Positions 8,643-18,599 of a DNA stretch of 64,000 bases are shown here, one piece after another. The stretch's first letter is position 1; the number at the start of each line of letters is the position of its first letter. Source of the DNA: Spirochaetia bacterium (lineage in GTDB: Bacteria; Spirochaetota; Spirochaetia; CADAEX01); contig OY759746.1 of the NCBI GenBank assembly GCA_963662795.1, positions 352,001-416,000 on the forward strand. Reading direction: 5' to 3'. Both the position numbers and the translations under genes were made by a program. The notes below the pieces were generated by a model, which saw nothing but the letters and a program-made list of their open reading frames with translations, ran no database searches and had not been told where the DNA came from.

Positions 8643-9680
8643 ATGCCGGAGAAAAAAATCGGCTTCTTCGCCAGATATCTGACTTTGTGGGTAGCTGCAT
8701 GTATCATTCTTGGTGTTGTTACAGGTGTTTTATTCCCCCGGTTTCCAAAACTGCTCGGAGTAATGGAATATGCCAATATTTCAATTCCAGTAGCAGTCCT
8801 GATCTGGCTAATGATTTATCCAATGATGCTGAAAGTTGATTTCAGGAGTATTATTGACGCCGGGAAGAGACCCAGGGGACTGATTATAACCCTCATACTA
8901 AACTGGCTGATCAAACCTTTTACCATGTATTTCATTGCCTGGTTTTTTCTGAAAGTGGTTTTCAAGGCATTTATACCTGATTCCCTTGCTGCTGATTATA
9001 TTGCCGGCGCTGTATTATTGGGTGCAGCTCCCTGTACCGCCATGGTTTTTGTCTGGAGTTATCTGTCTGATGGCGACCCCGGATATACAGTTGTTCAGGT
9101 AGCAGTAAATGATCTCATCATTCTTTTTGCCTTCGCCCCAATTGTGGCCTTTCTTCTCGGCGTCAGCAATGTAAAGGTGCCTCTGGATACCCTTTTCCTT
9201 TCTGTTGTACTTTTCGTTGTAATTCCTCTTGCTGCAGGTTTTTCAACAAGAACAATACTCCTGAAAAAGCACAGTAAAGACTGGTTTGAAAATATATTCT
9301 GTAAAAAATTCGAAGGGATCACAGAAGCAGGTCTGCTTCTCACCCTGGTAATTATCTTTTCATTTCAGGGAGAGATAATCCTTTCAACCCCTTTGGCCAT
9401 TGTTTTAATCGCAATTCCATTAATTATTCAGACCTACTTTATTTTTTTCCTTGGTTTTGGATGGTCAAGGATCTGGAAGGTCCCTTATAAGGTTGCAGCT
9501 CCTTCAGCCCTGATCGGCGCATCAAATTTCTTTGAACTGGCCGTGGCGGTAGCCATCAGCCTGTTCGGTTTATCATCAGGCGCAACCCTGGTGACAGTCG
9601 TAGGTGTTCTGGTGGAAGTTCCTGTAATGCTGAATCTGGTTAAAATAGCAAAATCCGCAAAAAACAGATTCCCGTTGTGA
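8643..9680 (+). CDS. acr3: ACR3-family arsenite efflux transporter
   Basis: MIYPMM, NWLIKPFTM, APCTAMVFVWS, GASNFFELAVAVA, GVLVEVPVML. Confidence 0.96.
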   Translation: MPEKKIGFFARYLTLWVAACIILGVVTGVLFPRFPKLLGVMEYANISIPVAVLIWLMIYPMMLKVDFRSIIDAGKRPRGLIITLILNWLIKPFTMYFIAWFFLKVVFKAFIPDSLAADYIAGAVLLGAAPCTAMVFVWSYLSDGDPGYTVVQVAVNDLIILFAFAPIVAFLLGVSNVKVPLDTLFLSVVLFVVIPLAAGFSTRTILLKKHSKDWFENIFCKKFEGITEAGLLLTLVIIFSFQGEIILSTPLAIVLIAIPLIIQTYFIFFLGFGWSRIWKVPYKVAAPSALIGASNFFELAVAVAISLFGLSSGATLVTVVGVLVEVPVMLNLVKIAKSAKNRFPL

Positions 9681-9751
9681 TGATTTGTTGTTTCCCTATC
9701 CATATATATTTAAAAAATGCCTGATATAATGCCACAGGGCGGGGCTGCTGT

Positions 9752-9770
9752 TTCAAATCCGGCCAGCCCG
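9752..9770 (+). repeat. attR-like copy of the tRNA-Pro 3' end
   Basis: 19/19 identity with 6163-6181; degenerate similarity extends back to 9741. Confidence 0.9.
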
Positions 9771-9774
9771 GTAT

Positions 9775-10164
9775 TTACTCGAGCTTTATTGCAGGCTTTA
9801 TATCTATCAGGGGTGTACCGCTGAGACAATCAAGCCCCCTCACTGTTACAACGCAGTTTTCAATTGATACAACAGGAATAACCGCAGCTCCTATAGGATT
9901 AGGCCGGTGCGGTGTTCTTAAGGCAAATGAACCTGCATGTCCCCTGTCTTTAGTTTGCTTTTCTATCACTTCCCTATCTGCCCTCTCAAACCAATAGAGA
10001 ACAAGTATCCTCTGCCCCGGTTTAAGCCCGATTAATCCGGGTTTAAACTCTTCATCAAGCACTATCTGACAAAACGGGCCGTCCAAATCGATATTTTTAG
10101 GACATTCCTCTACAGTATGATAGGGGGTGCTGATATAACCTATAAATTTAAGCTCAGCATTCAT
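9775..10164 (-). CDS. TsaA/TrmO-like (UPF0066) SAM-binding protein
   Basis: FALRTPHRPNPIG, GLDCLSGTPLIDIKP. Confidence 0.9.
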   Translation of the reverse strand: MNAELKFIGYISTPYHTVEECPKNIDLDGPFCQIVLDEEFKPGLIGLKPGQRILVLYWFERADREVIEKQTKDRGHAGSFALRTPHRPNPIGAAVIPVVSIENCVVTVRGLDCLSGTPLIDIKPAIKLE

Positions 10165-10231
10165 CTGATTCTACTCCTTTGTCGCATAACTTTATCTGAA
10201 GCACTAAAGCATTGGTCAGTTTTTAGTGTTT

Positions 10232-10945
10232 CTATTTTCTTCTTGCTGCATAGACATTGTAAAAATCATCAGCGCCGCATTTGGTCTTTTTATAACCTGA
10301 GAAACATTCCGCGTCCGCAAACCCGTTCCTGCTTAAACATTCAAGTATTTTATTTTTCCTGATCGGAAGTAATTTAGTAGAATCTGCATATTCTTCATGC
10401 GTTATTTTATCATAGTATTTTATCCTAAAAATAATCCCGTCTTCCCCTATTTCCGGGTATTCCCGCTCAAAAATATATTCCCTGCTTTCAATTCTGTTAA
10501 ACTCAATTTTTTTATCTTTTAGGATTTTATCATAATTCAATATCTGAAAAATAAAATACCCATTCTTATTCAATACTTTATACAGCAGCTCTACAAAGCC
10601 ATTAAGATCTTTCCAGGTTGTAATATGGGGCAATGTATTGCCCAGACATAAAACACAGTCATATTTTTCATCAGCGCTGAGATCCATCATATTCAATACC
10701 TTAAAATCAACGCTGATATCCTTATCCCGTATTCTTTCCTTTGCGATTTCTATCATTTTTCTGTTAAGATCAATTCCGGATACAGCAAATCCCTGTTTCG
10801 CAAGTTCAATCGCAAGGTCCCCCGTTGCGCATCCTATGTCAAGGATCCGCATATCTTTAGTATTGCAGTATGAACCTATAAAAGACAGTTTTTCACCTTC
10901 CAGAGGAAATATCGAGCTGTAATTCTCCGCAATTAAGTTATACAT
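10232..10945 (-). CDS. Class I SAM-dependent methyltransferase
   Basis: ILDIGCATG, CLGNTLPH; GGAGG RBS before ATG at 10945. Confidence 0.9.
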   Translation of the reverse strand: MYNLIAENYSSIFPLEGEKLSFIGSYCNTKDMRILDIGCATGDLAIELAKQGFAVSGIDLNRKMIEIAKERIRDKDISVDFKVLNMMDLSADEKYDCVLCLGNTLPHITTWKDLNGFVELLYKVLNKNGYFIFQILNYDKILKDKKIEFNRIESREYIFEREYPEIGEDGIIFRIKYYDKITHEEYADSTKLLPIRKNKILECLSRNGFADAECFSGYKKTKCGADDFYNVYAARRK

Positions 10946-11062
10946 TTTAGCCTCCGCTTCTATCGTCTTGAATGCAAATAAAATGGTAATTACAGTATTT
11001 TTTATCCACTTGTTGTACATTCATTTTAATTCGCAATTAATTCTAAGACAATCAGGGTTTTA

Positions 11063-11808
11063 TTATTTCGTTAAACTCCCGAAATCTATTACACACATTT
11101 TACCGTATTGTTTATGTGGACCAAATGAAACACCGGCGATATTAAATTTATTAGTAAGGATATTTTTTCGATGTCCCCGGCTTGATACCCCGTCATCGAC
11201 AAGCAGGGAAATAACAATATCCCTGGCTTCATTATCTCCATAAAAAATATTCTCCCCGAAACCCATTATTTTTGAATTTTTTACTATATTTTTAATTCGT
11301 TTGCTGAAATTATCACCATTAGGACTTTCATGCCCTGTTAATGTGGTCGGTCCCTGTTTATTAACATGGTCAAGTGCAAGCTTGTACAAATCAGGGTCAG
11401 GATTCAGAATACCCATTTTTCTTGTTTTACTTAGAACGGCAATACATTCTTCTACTGCTTTTTTACCTTCATTTGTTATATAAGTCTTGCCATTGATAAA
11501 TAATTCTTTATTATTGCTGTATTGCTTTAAACGAGATTTTATATATAGATCTGAATATTTAACAGGGTCTGTCCTTACTTTATTCATCTCAAGTATTACA
11601 TTTTTTTCAGTATTTGTTAGATAATCTGCACCTAAGGCTATATCCAGTAAATTTAAGTCCCAGTTTCCCGGGTCTTTTTCATATTGCCTGTTATTGATAT
11701 TTTCTGTAAAAGTTTTTATTCCACCAACGGATTTTCATAAGCTTTTTCAATACTCTGACAGGAAATCAAAGTTAATGAAATTAAAATGAATAGTGGAGGA
11801 TATTTCAT
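11063..11808 (-). pseudogene. CAP/SCP-domain lipoprotein, frameshifted near 11733
   Basis: Signal peptide MKYPPLFILISLTLISC is out of frame with the CAP domain (GENIFYG, SRGHRKNIL); IS4 inserted 9 nt upstream of the ATG. Confidence 0.7.
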
Positions 11809-11817
11809 ATATATTCC

Positions 11818-13092
11818 CATAGGTGTCCAAAACAAGGACTATTAATTGCCTGAAATCCCAACTATAATGAATTAAGCTTGGACGGCTAATTCTTTACAGG
11901 AAAAGGAAATCAGGCAATGAGTTACAATAATACCATTTTAAAACAAATTCTACAAATAATTCCGAGACATGAATTTGAAAAATCTGTAAAAAAACATAAA
12001 GGGGACTTTGCTTCCAAAGGTTTTACCTGTTGGCAGCATTTTGTCTCCATGCTCTTTGCACAACTTTCAGGACAGACCGGGTTAAGAGGCATTGAAAACT
12101 CTTTTGAATCAATCAGTAACCACCTTTATCATATGGGTGTAAAAAAGGTAAAACGCTCTACATTATCTTACGCAAATAATAATAGAAGCTGTGAAGTTTA
12201 TGAAAATGTTTTCACTGATCTTCTTGATAAGATATTATCCATGAAGAGAGCGCATAAACATAAATTTAAAAATCCTCTTTACAGTGTTGATGCATCAACT
12301 ATTGACTTGTGTTTAAATCTCTTTCCCTGGGCAAATTTCAGAAAATATAAAGGCGGAATAAAACTTAATGTAAAACTTGACCATAGTGGATATATTCCAG
12401 CTTTTGTATCAGTTACAACTGCAAAAACACATGAAGTCAATTCCTTGAAAAAAATGGCTTTCAACAAAGGCGATGTCATCACGTTTGATCGTGGTTATAC
12501 TGACTTTAAATTATTCGCAAATTATTGTAATACCGGTATTTATTTTGTTACCAGGTTAAAAAGGAATGCTGATTACACAATTGTTCAGAGAAAAGATACC
12601 TCCTCCTTTAAAAATATTACATCTGATCAAATAATTGAAATGAAAGGATTTTACACCAGTAAAAAATGTCCTTTAAAATTAAGGCGAATCAGAAGCAGAG
12701 ATCCTGAAACTGGTAAATATATTGTAATTCTTACCAATAATTTCCTTTGGTCTCCAGCAACAATTGCTGCTGTTTACAAAGACAGATGGCAGATTGAAAT
12801 ATTTTTTAAAACTATCAAACAGAACCTCAAGATCAAGAAATTCTTTGGTACTTCCAGAAATGCTGTAATGACACAAATCTGGATTGCCCTAATTGCTTTT
12901 CTGTTACTTCAGTTCCTTAAAATGTTTTCAAGCAGAAAATGGACTCATTTTTCACTGATGAAATTGATTCCTGTAATACTGACATCAAGAAAAGATATCT
13001 GGACTGTTCTCAATAAACCGCCTTCAGAACAGACTAAAAAAACTAGTTTCAATCTTCAACTGGAGCTGTTATGATTGTTTTGGACACCTATG
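11818..13092 (+). mobile_element. IS4-family insertion sequence, copy 1 (1275 bp)
   Basis: Perfect 18-bp IR CATAGGTGTCCAAAACAA; ATTCC duplicated on the flanks. Confidence 0.95.
11917..13074 (+). CDS. IS4-family DDE transposase (DUF4372 + DDE)
   Basis: DASTIDL, FDRGY, YKDRWQIEIFFK (YREK motif). Confidence 0.95.
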   Translation: MSYNNTILKQILQIIPRHEFEKSVKKHKGDFASKGFTCWQHFVSMLFAQLSGQTGLRGIENSFESISNHLYHMGVKKVKRSTLSYANNNRSCEVYENVFTDLLDKILSMKRAHKHKFKNPLYSVDASTIDLCLNLFPWANFRKYKGGIKLNVKLDHSGYIPAFVSVTTAKTHEVNSLKKMAFNKGDVITFDRGYTDFKLFANYCNTGIYFVTRLKRNADYTIVQRKDTSSFKNITSDQIIEMKGFYTSKKCPLKLRRIRSRDPETGKYIVILTNNFLWSPATIAAVYKDRWQIEIFFKTIKQNLKIKKFFGTSRNAVMTQIWIALIAFLLLQFLKMFSSRKWTHFSLMKLIPVILTSRKDIWTVLNKPPSEQTKKTSFNLQLELL

Positions 13093-13606
13093 ATTCCTTT
13101 TAATAAATCAATAATATCTTTATCAGAAAATTTTAATCTTGATTTTTTTTAATCGCAACAATAATTAAATATTCACAGTTCCTCTTTGGTGATTTTTTTA
13201 ATATTCATTTCTACATAATTTTTCAATTATATTAGTTTTCGGATCTTCTTCCTAAAAAGCAACACAATTGGAAGGTTTATTTCAGAAATACTTTGACACT
13301 CTCCTCTTTTTTAGATCAGGTAAAGGTGAATAATATACCGTTCTGCTTCTCTCTCATTTTACTTATCTGTCTATAAATACAGACAGATATATTTATAGTG
13401 TCATGTAACACTATTTAAAACAATGAATTACCTTTTATTCTCTTGCCTCCACCATTCATTTATAGATAAGAAATCCTCTTTTCTTATCCGCTGCAGGGGT
13501 GTATAATTGGAAAATAACTCTATATTGCGACTAAGAGTAGAAATATTATTTATCACTCTAAACACATTTTAATCAATGAAATGCTTGCTTAATATAAATA
13601 AAGGAA

Positions 13607-14524
13607 ATGAAAATGAAGGAGACAGAAGCTCGTTCTCAGATTTTCCTCTGGCTAAAAGAAAAATCCAGAGAAAATTTTGGTGTGTTCTCCTGGCAGGATC
13701 TCAAAGACGGATTTTCCTACCAGGGACAACGAATTACACTGATCGGTCAAAAGGGAATCTGGAAACCCAAAGAATTTACATTACCGATTTCAATTATGTC
13801 TGCAATGAATAGTCCATATAAGGATGGAGATACCTCTGATGGATTATTTGAATACAAATATAGAGGTAATGATCCAAATCATGGCGATAATATTTTATTA
13901 CGAGAATTAATGAGAACAAGAACTCCTTTAATATATTTAGAACAGATCAAATCAGGAAAATATAATGTTGTTTGGCCGGTGTTTATTATTAATAATTTCA
14001 CCTCTGAACTATCTGTACACGTGGCTGTTGATCCGGCATATATCATTAATTCCAATAATATCTTTTCCGATGATAAGTATTTCTTGGAAAACGATAATTC
14101 TGCTCTTAGTATTCGAAAATACATCACCGCACAAACACAAGTGAGGCTTCACCAGACGGCATTCCGGGAAATTATCCTGGATGCCTATAGCAGGCAATGC
14201 ACATTATGTCGGTTGCAACACCCCGAATTACTGGATGCCGCGCATATTACACCCGATTCAGACGAAAGAGGCGTCCCGGTGGTTACCAACGGACTTTCCT
14301 TATGTAAAATACATCATGCCGCCTATGATAAAAACATAATAGGGATTTCACCAGATTATAAAATTAAGGTTCGGGAAGATATTCTTCATGAAATAGATGG
14401 TCCCATGCTAAAATACGGTCTGCAATCTCTGGAGGGAGGCAGTTTAATTCTGCCTCTAAAAAAGAAAGAACAGCCGGACAGAGACAGATTGTCGGAACGA
14501 TATCGCCTGTTTATTTCTGCATGA
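13607..14524 (+). CDS. HNH endonuclease, putative modification-dependent restriction enzyme
   Basis: RLHQ..FR, CxxC, LDAAHI, NGLSLCKIHHAAYD; N-terminal GIWKP...PY.D...Y.YRG region possibly SRA-like. Confidence 0.85.
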   Translation: MKMKETEARSQIFLWLKEKSRENFGVFSWQDLKDGFSYQGQRITLIGQKGIWKPKEFTLPISIMSAMNSPYKDGDTSDGLFEYKYRGNDPNHGDNILLRELMRTRTPLIYLEQIKSGKYNVVWPVFIINNFTSELSVHVAVDPAYIINSNNIFSDDKYFLENDNSALSIRKYITAQTQVRLHQTAFREIILDAYSRQCTLCRLQHPELLDAAHITPDSDERGVPVVTNGLSLCKIHHAAYDKNIIGISPDYKIKVREDILHEIDGPMLKYGLQSLEGGSLILPLKKKEQPDRDRLSERYRLFISA

Positions 14525-14751
14525 TTTATTATATTCTCATATTTTCTTTTTACGGAATAGCTAATAGAAAAATGTAATTTCACATGGTCTGAAGTAGAGT
14601 GAAGACAAATTACTATTTCCAAACGACTGGATTCCTTTCCTCTCATTATCTATTCTATTAAAAAGGAAAATGTGGTGTTTTTATGAACTACGTTAAAACT
14701 GTCAGTATCTATTCTGACACATTCTTCCGGGCTCAGCATATTATTTCAACT

Positions 14752-15852
14752 TTATCTACTCAATTCCCTTAAAATCCTGGTGTAGATTTCTGCTGCAGCG
14801 CAGACCTGATCAAACTCCACACACTCGTCTTTGGTGTGAGCCCTCTCAAGCTGGCCGGGACCCAGTATAATCGGCAGGCAGCCTGCATCTCTTAAGAGGT
14901 TGGCATCTGAATGACTTTTAAACGCCATTGGATTCCATTCTCTTTCAAGTGTTTGAAAAATCCGCTTTAAGAGCTGGGGGAATGCTTCTTCCGGTGACAT
15001 CACAAACCCGTCGGCAAGGGTCGGAAACTCAAGCTCATATTTAGACGCAGGGCTTGCAGAAAGTTTTTCATCAATAAAGGTTCGCAGTTCATCCGCGAAT
15101 ACACGGGAGGAAACACCGGGGGGAATGTGCAGGTCAACTGCTGCGGCGCAGCGGTCAGGAACTGCAAACCCTGATTCCGAACTGTGCAGATCGCGGATAT
15201 TAAGTACTGTTTTAACCTCAAGGCTTTCTATCCGGTCTTCCAGCTCTATCAAAAACCGCAGCATGGCGTGAATGGCGTTGGTTTCCCGGTCTGACATGGC
15301 AGCATGCCTGCGGTATCCGAAAGCGTGGACAAGCACTTCCACATAGCCGTAATGTTCCATACAGGGCTGCAGACCGGTAGGCTCTGCCACAAGGGCGGTT
15401 TTGAAAGAGCAAGCCTTAAGCAGAGCCTGTGTACCGTCGCCGGTTTCCTCCTCGCCGACCACCAGAGCCAGTAGCACGTTATCCGGCAGAACCCCAAGTT
15501 CCACCGCAGACATAAAAGCCTCTATCATGGCGGCGCAGCCGCTTTTCATATCAGAGGTGCCGAGCCCGCGGCAAAGGCCGTTATGGTCTGAAAAACCGTA
15601 ATGCTCTATGTCATAGGCAGGCACCGTGTCGATATGGCCGAGGAACAGTGTATCCTGATTGCCTGAGTCTGATGAAATGAGCAGGTTCGAACGCGACTCA
15701 TCAACCGGCTGCCGTTCGACTGAAAGACCGGTCACCATCAGAATATTTTCGAGGAAATCAGTAAGCTCCTCCTCTTTGCCTGAAGGGCTGTAGAAGTCGA
15801 CCATATTCTGAAACAGGGCATAAAGCCGCTTGGTGTTGACGGAGTATGCCAT
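14752..15852 (-). CDS. M20 (ArgE/DapE-like) metallo-amidohydrolase
   Basis: GHIDTV, GTSDMKSG, GEEE, AHTKDE. Confidence 0.9.
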   Translation of the reverse strand: MAYSVNTKRLYALFQNMVDFYSPSGKEEELTDFLENILMVTGLSVERQPVDESRSNLLISSDSGNQDTLFLGHIDTVPAYDIEHYGFSDHNGLCRGLGTSDMKSGCAAMIEAFMSAVELGVLPDNVLLALVVGEEETGDGTQALLKACSFKTALVAEPTGLQPCMEHYGYVEVLVHAFGYRRHAAMSDRETNAIHAMLRFLIELEDRIESLEVKTVLNIRDLHSSESGFAVPDRCAAAVDLHIPPGVSSRVFADELRTFIDEKLSASPASKYELEFPTLADGFVMSPEEAFPQLLKRIFQTLEREWNPMAFKSHSDANLLRDAGCLPIILGPGQLERAHTKDECVEFDQVCAAAEIYTRILRELSR

Positions 15853-15855
15853 GCC

Positions 15856-16329
15856 CTATTCTTCCTTTTTAAGGTTCATCGTCATGTAGACATGCTCTGT
15901 CGGGTTTTCAAACCCTTTGCGCCGGAAAAACTTAATGGCAGGCTCGTTATCGGCCTGTGTGTCGACTATCAGCATACGAATCCCTTCAGCTTCCATGAGT
16001 TCACGGAAGCGTTCAAACAAAAGGCTTCCGATTTTCATGCGGGCATAGTCCGGGTCAACGCCCAGCCACAGCAGGTGGCCGTAGTTCCAGGCCGTGCGGG
16101 CCTTTTCGACAATTGTGCCCATGGCAAACCCGACGACCTGTTCTTTGTACTCTGCGACAAGAACAAACTCTGTTTCGCTGTTGAAAAGATGGGTTACCTC
16201 ATATTCATCCCATGTACGGTAAAGGTTTGAAAATTCCCCGGAGGTAAATACTTTTTCTCCCAGATGAAAGATCGCGGCAAGATCATCTATGGTCGCTGTC
16301 CTGATTTCTATTTTACGTTCAATACCCAT
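15856..16329 (-). CDS. GNAT N-acetyltransferase
   Basis: LGVDPDYARMKIG, N.PAIKFF...GF; GGAGGAG RBS before ATG at 16329. Confidence 0.9.
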   Translation of the reverse strand: MGIERKIEIRTATIDDLAAIFHLGEKVFTSGEFSNLYRTWDEYEVTHLFNSETEFVLVAEYKEQVVGFAMGTIVEKARTAWNYGHLLWLGVDPDYARMKIGSLLFERFRELMEAEGIRMLIVDTQADNEPAIKFFRRKGFENPTEHVYMTMNLKKEE

Positions 16330-16475
16330 TTTCACTCCTCCCAGTCCGGTTCCAGGCTGCGCTCCTGCATAGAATGGTTTCATTTTTTGTATAACCTAAA
16401 AAGGTATTGATTCATTAAGTCATCTACTGCAGTAAGAATAAAATTTCTCTATATTCTTATTTTCATTTATCTTTT

Positions 16476-16811
16476 TTATACTTTTACAAGATGTATCTCA
16501 TCCTCCAAAGCTTTTTCCACAAATTTATTGATCGATAGATTCATCTTTTTTGCTGTTATTGCTACTTCCCGATGCAGCTCCGGAGATAATCTTAAATTAA
16601 ATTTTCCGGAATATGGTTTTTCAGGATTAACCCCTTCTTCTTTACACCATCCCAGATATTCATCTATTGATTCCGTAAATGCGCTTTCTAATTCATCAAC
16701 TGTTTTTCCCTGAAATGTGATTACATCTTTTGTATTAATTATTTCACCGTGAAATATTTTAGCAATATCATCAAATTCAACATTTCCTATATAACCCTTG
16801 TATTCCATCAT
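16476..16811 (-). CDS. hicB: HicB antitoxin
   Basis: YKGY.G, ITFQG, PEKPYSGKFNLR. Confidence 0.92.
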   Translation of the reverse strand: MMEYKGYIGNVEFDDIAKIFHGEIINTKDVITFQGKTVDELESAFTESIDEYLGWCKEEGVNPEKPYSGKFNLRLSPELHREVAITAKKMNLSINKFVEKALEDEIHLVKV

Positions 16812-17062
16812 GGCTTTACTCCTGCATTTTCTAAAAATCTCCTCATTGATTTCACTGAACCTTTATCCATCTCTTTTTGCGGATGCGGTCTATGAAATAC
16901 AGCGCGAATCCCATTTAGCTTGATTCTGACCCTTGAACCATTTCCTTCTGAAATATCAGCACCCAAAAAGAATAGAAGTGATTCAATATCAGACCAGTTT
17001 ATGTTTGATGGGGACGGATTTATGAATATTTCATCTAAAGTCTTCTGATGTTTTTTATTCAT
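16808..17062 (-). CDS. hicA: HicA toxin
   Basis: EGNGSRVR, FHRPHP; ATGA overlap with hicB. Confidence 0.92.
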   Translation of the reverse strand: MNKKHQKTLDEIFINPSPSNINWSDIESLLFFLGADISEGNGSRVRIKLNGIRAVFHRPHPQKEMDKGSVKSMRRFLENAGVKP

Positions 17063-17162
17063 AATTAATAGTACTATCACGCAGTACCAGTGTCAAGGAT
17101 TTAAATTATTCTAAATTCTCTGGAACATATTTTGCATATCAGTTTTGAGTCACTGCGACAGT

Positions 17163-18167
17163 TTACAACAGCGATTCCCGGATCTCTTCAAGCTGATTTT
17201 TAAGGTCAAGGATCTCATTCTCCCAGAAATTATCCGACCCCCACTGCGGAAAATTTGTCCTGAACTGCAGATCATCATACTGCCGCGCGCACCATGCGAG
17301 GAAGTATATCATTCTCATTACCCTTAAGGGTTCAATCAGCCTGGATGAATTATGATCGAAGGGATGGAACTGCTCATATCCTTGGACAAGAAGATTGAAT
17401 TCCCTGCGCGATTCTGCAAAGCTGCCTGAAAGAAGTAGCCATAAATCATGGACAGCAGGGCCCATGGCCATATCATCAAAATCAATTATCATAAGCTGAT
17501 TGTTTCCGTCCCGGTCCGGCCTGCAGAGTATATTTCCGGTATGACAGTCTCCATGGATCCTCTGCACCGGTGTATCCGAAAACAACGGGACAATCAGAGC
17601 CAGTATTTCATTTGTTGTTTTTTTGAAATCTGTTTTAAAGCTTCCCTGCATAAATGGCCCGCCCAGAAGTTCGTCAATATCATTCCGTGTTGAATCAGAC
17701 GGATCAAGCACTATCCTGTGACTGCTGTTTCTCTTTCTGCCTGCGGCATGAATCCGTCCCAGTAAAGAACCGGCCCTGAGAAAATCCTCATCACAGTTAA
17801 GCTCAAACATTCTCCCTGATTTTTTGGGAAATAGGGTGAAAAAAAATCCATTGCTCCTGCCGAGAGTATCACCATTGGAAAGCCTTAAAGGGTTTACAAC
17901 CGGGATTTCACTTTCAGCACAGTCATGAATAAAGGCATGCTCTTCCCTGAGCGCCTCTTCGCTCCAGCGGCCCGGGCGGTAAAATTTCGCGACAAGCCTC
18001 TCCCCCTCTTCGGTTTCAATTTCATAAACACGGTTAATATAGCTTGGAAACGGAGAAATCAATCCTGTAAGTTTAAATCCGGAGGACTCCTCTACGGCCT
18101 GGTGTACCGCATCCGGGGTAAGATCCGAGAATTCTGATTTGATATTCATTGGTGGATGATAAACCAA
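17163..18167 (-). CDS. srkA: Ser/Thr protein kinase SrkA/RdoA (APH-like)
   Basis: SYINRVY, AKFYRPGRWS, HGDCH.GN, IDFDD, FPQW. Confidence 0.88.
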   Translation of the reverse strand: MVYHPPMNIKSEFSDLTPDAVHQAVEESSGFKLTGLISPFPSYINRVYEIETEEGERLVAKFYRPGRWSEEALREEHAFIHDCAESEIPVVNPLRLSNGDTLGRSNGFFFTLFPKKSGRMFELNCDEDFLRAGSLLGRIHAAGRKRNSSHRIVLDPSDSTRNDIDELLGGPFMQGSFKTDFKKTTNEILALIVPLFSDTPVQRIHGDCHTGNILCRPDRDGNNQLMIIDFDDMAMGPAVHDLWLLLSGSFAESRREFNLLVQGYEQFHPFDHNSSRLIEPLRVMRMIYFLAWCARQYDDLQFRTNFPQWGSDNFWENEILDLKNQLEEIRESLL

Positions 18168-18481
18168 TTATAGTTCTGAGGCAATGTGCTTTTATATCTG
18201 TAAGCAGACATTACCAGCGGCAGTCGTAAAATAAGAAAACCGAAAAATAGAAATAAACACGATCTAAAAGCAAAAAAAATGCATCTGAACTTGAAAGAAA
18301 TAAAGTAAATCTTCTGAACTATATTATAATACCTCATTTAAATTATTGGAAGATACGTTTACTGATGGGAGCTGTTATTTTTCACGGATAAATATTACAA
18401 GCAGAATTTAAAACAGAAGCCTTCAGGCGCTTTATTTCAGCCGGCCGGCAAGTAATCATTGCTTCTTTGAAATAAAAAAAG

Positions 18482-18510
18482 TTGATTTTTATATCATATT
18501 ATTATAGTAT
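18482..18510 (+). promoter_or_regulatory. Sigma70 promoter for the riboswitch/CDF gene
   Basis: TTGATT-17 nt-TAGTAT just upstream of the riboswitch P1. Confidence 0.55.
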
Positions 18511-18517
18511 GCTATAA

Positions 18518-18573
18518 GAAGATCAGACCTGTGTCGGGCCGTTTTCGGCAACAGCATTCCGCTGTGGGACTTC
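18518..18573 (+). ncRNA. NiCo/czcD-class metal riboswitch
   Basis: Four-way junction with conserved GAUCAG, CGGGCC, GGCAACAG and UGUGGGAC; stems GAAG/CTTC, GAC/GTC, GCCG/CGGC, CAGC/GCTG; lies upstream of a CDF exporter. Confidence 0.82.
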
Positions 18574-18599
18574 AAACATTAATTCAGCGGAGTACTTTT

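Larger units (their letters stand above)
6163..9770. mobile_element. tRNA-Pro-anchored genomic islet carrying marR-hgcAB and acr3
   Basis: TTCAAATCCGGCCAGCCCG at 6163-6181 and 9752-9770; no integrase inside. Confidence 0.7.
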
